Shown piece after piece: positions 61,258 through 64,000 of a DNA stretch of 64,000 nt. How positions within the stretch are numbered: the first letter of the stretch is position 1; every line of letters starts with the position of its first letter. A model generated the notes under the pieces. The model had not been told where the DNA came from. It saw only the letters and a list, made by a program, of their open reading frames with translations, and made no database searches. Source of the DNA: Zancudomyces culisetae HAW-14-8 (taxonomy: Eukaryota; Fungi; Kickxellomycota); assembly GCA_052426225.1 (NCBI GenBank), contig JBNJNM010000008.1, forward strand, positions 1,054,001 through 1,118,000, in the 5' to 3' direction. The position numbers and the translations under genes are program-made.

Positions 61258-62128
61258 TGTAAGAAAGCTCACATCTCTTTTATATATCTCTATTTATGTT
61301 CTAACACAACTTACACCTTATTCATTTTTATCTAAATATCTAGAACTGAGTCACAGTTCTGAGGTCTTTTTCCCACATTTATATAGTTTTGATGCAGTCT
61401 TTACTAATTTTTTATAGACGTGAGGATGAAAACCTTTTTTTTTCTACAACAATTTATGGTAAAACAAATCGAATGGAAAATGTGATTTCTGATGTTTTAA
61501 AAATGCACAAGCACAAAACGCAAATTAGATGGTCTTTTTTGATTACCCTCAGAGTGGTATCATGATGACTAATAGACGAATAAATGATCATAAATATTCA
61601 TACCTTGTGAAAGAAATACCACTAATGTCACTAGTATTGGAGATAACTATAACCCCCCGAAAACAAACACATTCTATTGTGGTACACAACACAATACCAC
61701 TCTTTCTCTACCCTGTCCCATCTCTTTTTCTTCCTCTCTTCAAAAAAAAAAAGAACCTCAGAAATCCTCTTGAAAAATGATTCTTTAACTAATACTTGCT
61801 GAGAAGCCTGAATACTATACATACAGCCAGGTAAACTTATGAAACATCCTCTGTAAGAAAGTGTCAGGCTGTTAGTTCAAACCAATACAGCTGGATCTAT
61901 GTACCTTGAACTCACAATATACAACAGTTTGCTTGTTTTTTACCGCTTATCGTATTTTTTTTTATTGGTGTATTCATATTTTATCAAAATATACTGCTGA
62001 AACCATTTACTAAATACACTCTAGTATCAGTCTACTCGGTATTTTGGCTATAACGACAAAAACAAAACTAAAAATATAGATATAAATAAAAATAAAAATA
62101 AAGTGTCGAGACAGGAATCTCCATAGCC

Positions 62129-63430
62129 CTATTGTGAATCAATGCTTCGAATATAATTTCCTACACCTTCAATACATGCGTGTTTCTCATTTGCTGCTTC
62201 AATGAAAAAGAAGATATGTCCCATTCCTGCATACTTTTCATAGACATTTCTCTTTCCTTGCTCTGTTCCTGGGTGCTTTCTTCCAACAATAAATCTTTCT
62301 TTAAGTCCTAGCTTGCTAGCAAACGCGTCAATATCATCAACTAAAAGCTCAACCTCGCCACTGATTACCATCATTGGTGCAAGTCCAGTAAAATCAGCAA
62401 ATGTGGGTGAGACCATTGGATCATTCAACATTTTCTTTACGTAGTCGTCGTATTCTCTACCAGGTGCCACGTACATGCGGACATTACACTTAATATATTC
62501 GGGTCTATCTTGCATAATAAAGTCCAAATCCACATTTCTTGTATAGCTTTCGCCAGGCAGGTTCAAATCTACCCAAGGTGAGTGAAGTATGGCACATTTT
62601 GGTTGTGGTTGTCCAGCACTTCTTAGATTGATCATTACTGTAAGACACATGTTACAGCCAGCACTATCTCCTGAAATTATGATGTTCTCATGCTTGTATC
62701 CCAAATTAATTAGATGCTGGAAAAACAAATATCCATCATATATTCCTCTTGGGAATGGATCCTCAGGAGCCAATCTATAATATGGTAGGAATACTCTGTA
62801 TCCTGTCTCTTTACAGATATCTGCACCAAACGCACGGTATGCCGAAGGTGCCTCAAGGCAGAATCCACCACCATGGTAGTGAATAATCACCTTCTCATCT
62901 TCATGCAGTGGACTCATTCCCAATGCACTATCCAAGTCTATATTTTGCTCTTCCAAACGAGCAATAAAATCATTTGATGCCACAACTTCAGTATAGAGTT
63001 CACGTGGGGTTTTACTTTCAGCTAACTTCTGGTCGCTGGCACACAACTCCTTAAATAAATCGGAGGGTGGAATAAACAGACTTTTGGCGCTTATTTTCCA
63101 GTAATGGGTAGTGAACTTCCCCTTTTCGCTGATGCTTGGAGAGTCAAAATCTCGCAGTGGCGCCATTGATTTGCCTATCTGTTCTGCATTAAAATTTTCA
63201 CTAGTAGTAGGACCATGTCCCGAATCACCGTCGCTCAGCAGTCTTTTAAGCTCGGCCTTGACTCGTGTGATAGCTACTTGTGTCTCTAGTGTCCAACTAG
63301 GAAGCTTTGGCCCATTTTCTATAAAGCTTCTTTTTGCGTCTTCCATAACCTTCTCCATATCTGACAGATACTTGTCTTGCTCCTCCTTTCCCAAGTGTTT
63401 GGGGAATGCGACACCATAAAGATCTGACAT
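62129..63430 (-). CDS. Alpha/beta hydrolase, HSL (GDXG) family esterase/lipase
   Basis: HGGG oxyanion loop, YRLAPE, GDSAG nucleophile, SPWVDL, acidic residue in GEVELLVDD, GMGH. Confidence 0.93.
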   Translation of the reverse strand: MSDLYGVAFPKHLGKEEQDKYLSDMEKVMEDAKRSFIENGPKLPSWTLETQVAITRVKAELKRLLSDGDSGHGPTTSENFNAEQIGKSMAPLRDFDSPSISEKGKFTTHYWKISAKSLFIPPSDLFKELCASDQKLAESKTPRELYTEVVASNDFIARLEEQNIDLDSALGMSPLHEDEKVIIHYHGGGFCLEAPSAYRAFGADICKETGYRVFLPYYRLAPEDPFPRGIYDGYLFFQHLINLGYKHENIIISGDSAGCNMCLTVMINLRSAGQPQPKCAILHSPWVDLNLPGESYTRNVDLDFIMQDRPEYIKCNVRMYVAPGREYDDYVKKMLNDPMVSPTFADFTGLAPMMVISGEVELLVDDIDAFASKLGLKERFIVGRKHPGTEQGKRNVYEKYAGMGHIFFFIEAANEKHACIEGVGNYIRSIDSQ

Positions 63431-64000
63431 TTTTAGCTTTTGCTTTAAGCTTGTTTGTTGAAATCGTATATGACCAAAGAAAAGAAAAGAAAATTTTATT
63501 GAATATTCAAAACTCGAATAATAGATAGAACCAACTTGTAGGATGAAATAAACCGCGCTTTTGCTTCACCCACTTCTTCTACTTTTATACTATTTTTTAA
63601 CTACTTTCAAGTTAACAAGTAGCAAAAGACCAAGCGTTTCAGATACCAAACGTATTGTTAGGGTATCTTATTCCTTGATGAAATATTCCAATGCATGTGA
63701 ATATTATCATACCAAAAACGAGATTTGTTTTATTAACTTTTTCCTTTTTTCCTTCATCAAATACTTGTGAAAAGTAAACGAAGGCTAGTTTTGTAACCAT
63801 ATTTTCGGAAACTAATAAGCGTTTCGAAATTCAACGTACTATTATTCTTTTTGTTTCAGATATTGTTGTCAATAGTAAGTTTATTTTTTCTTTATATTTG
63901 TGACTAAAGAGGAGACGATTAGCAATATTAGGCTATTCTGGTCAACGAGAATGTATAATAAACTATCAGTAATTATTGGTATTGTCTAAATCTAGGAGTG

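Overview
AT-rich eukaryotic (fungal) genomic DNA with largely intronless genes. The FKS glucan synthase, DIRS element and ankyrin-gene family suggest an early-diverging fungus, possibly Zoopagomycota/Harpellales (inference only). 1-16.4 kb is a nested transposon cluster. It holds the 3' end of a Ty3/gypsy element, a frameshifted Tc1 (DD34E) element with ~220-bp TIRs, and an intact, young single-ORF Ty3/gypsy element (5389-10800, 421-bp LTRs, tRNA-Ser-type PBS). It also holds a decayed DIRS1-type tyrosine-recombinase retroelement with an adenine-methyltransferase domain, interrupted by two solo LTRs that each have a perfect 5-bp TSD. 22-32 kb holds FKS1, a small secreted Cys protein and a trypsin-like pseudogene. 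32.7-55.5 kb is a birth-and-death region with three F-box-like/ankyrin paralogues (one pseudogene, two head-to-head with gene-conversion tracts), a 33-Cys long metallothionein between the intact pair, two orphan TM/coiled-coil paralogues and a WD40 (SCAP-like) pseudogene. 57-63.4 kb holds a secreted IPGTT-pentapeptide repeat protein, an MFS monocarboxylate-type transporter and an HSL-family esterase. The most unusual signals are the diversifying F-box-like/ankyrin family, the pentapeptide repeat protein, the long metallothionein, and a sawtooth strand skew that flips synonymous codon choice inside FKS1.
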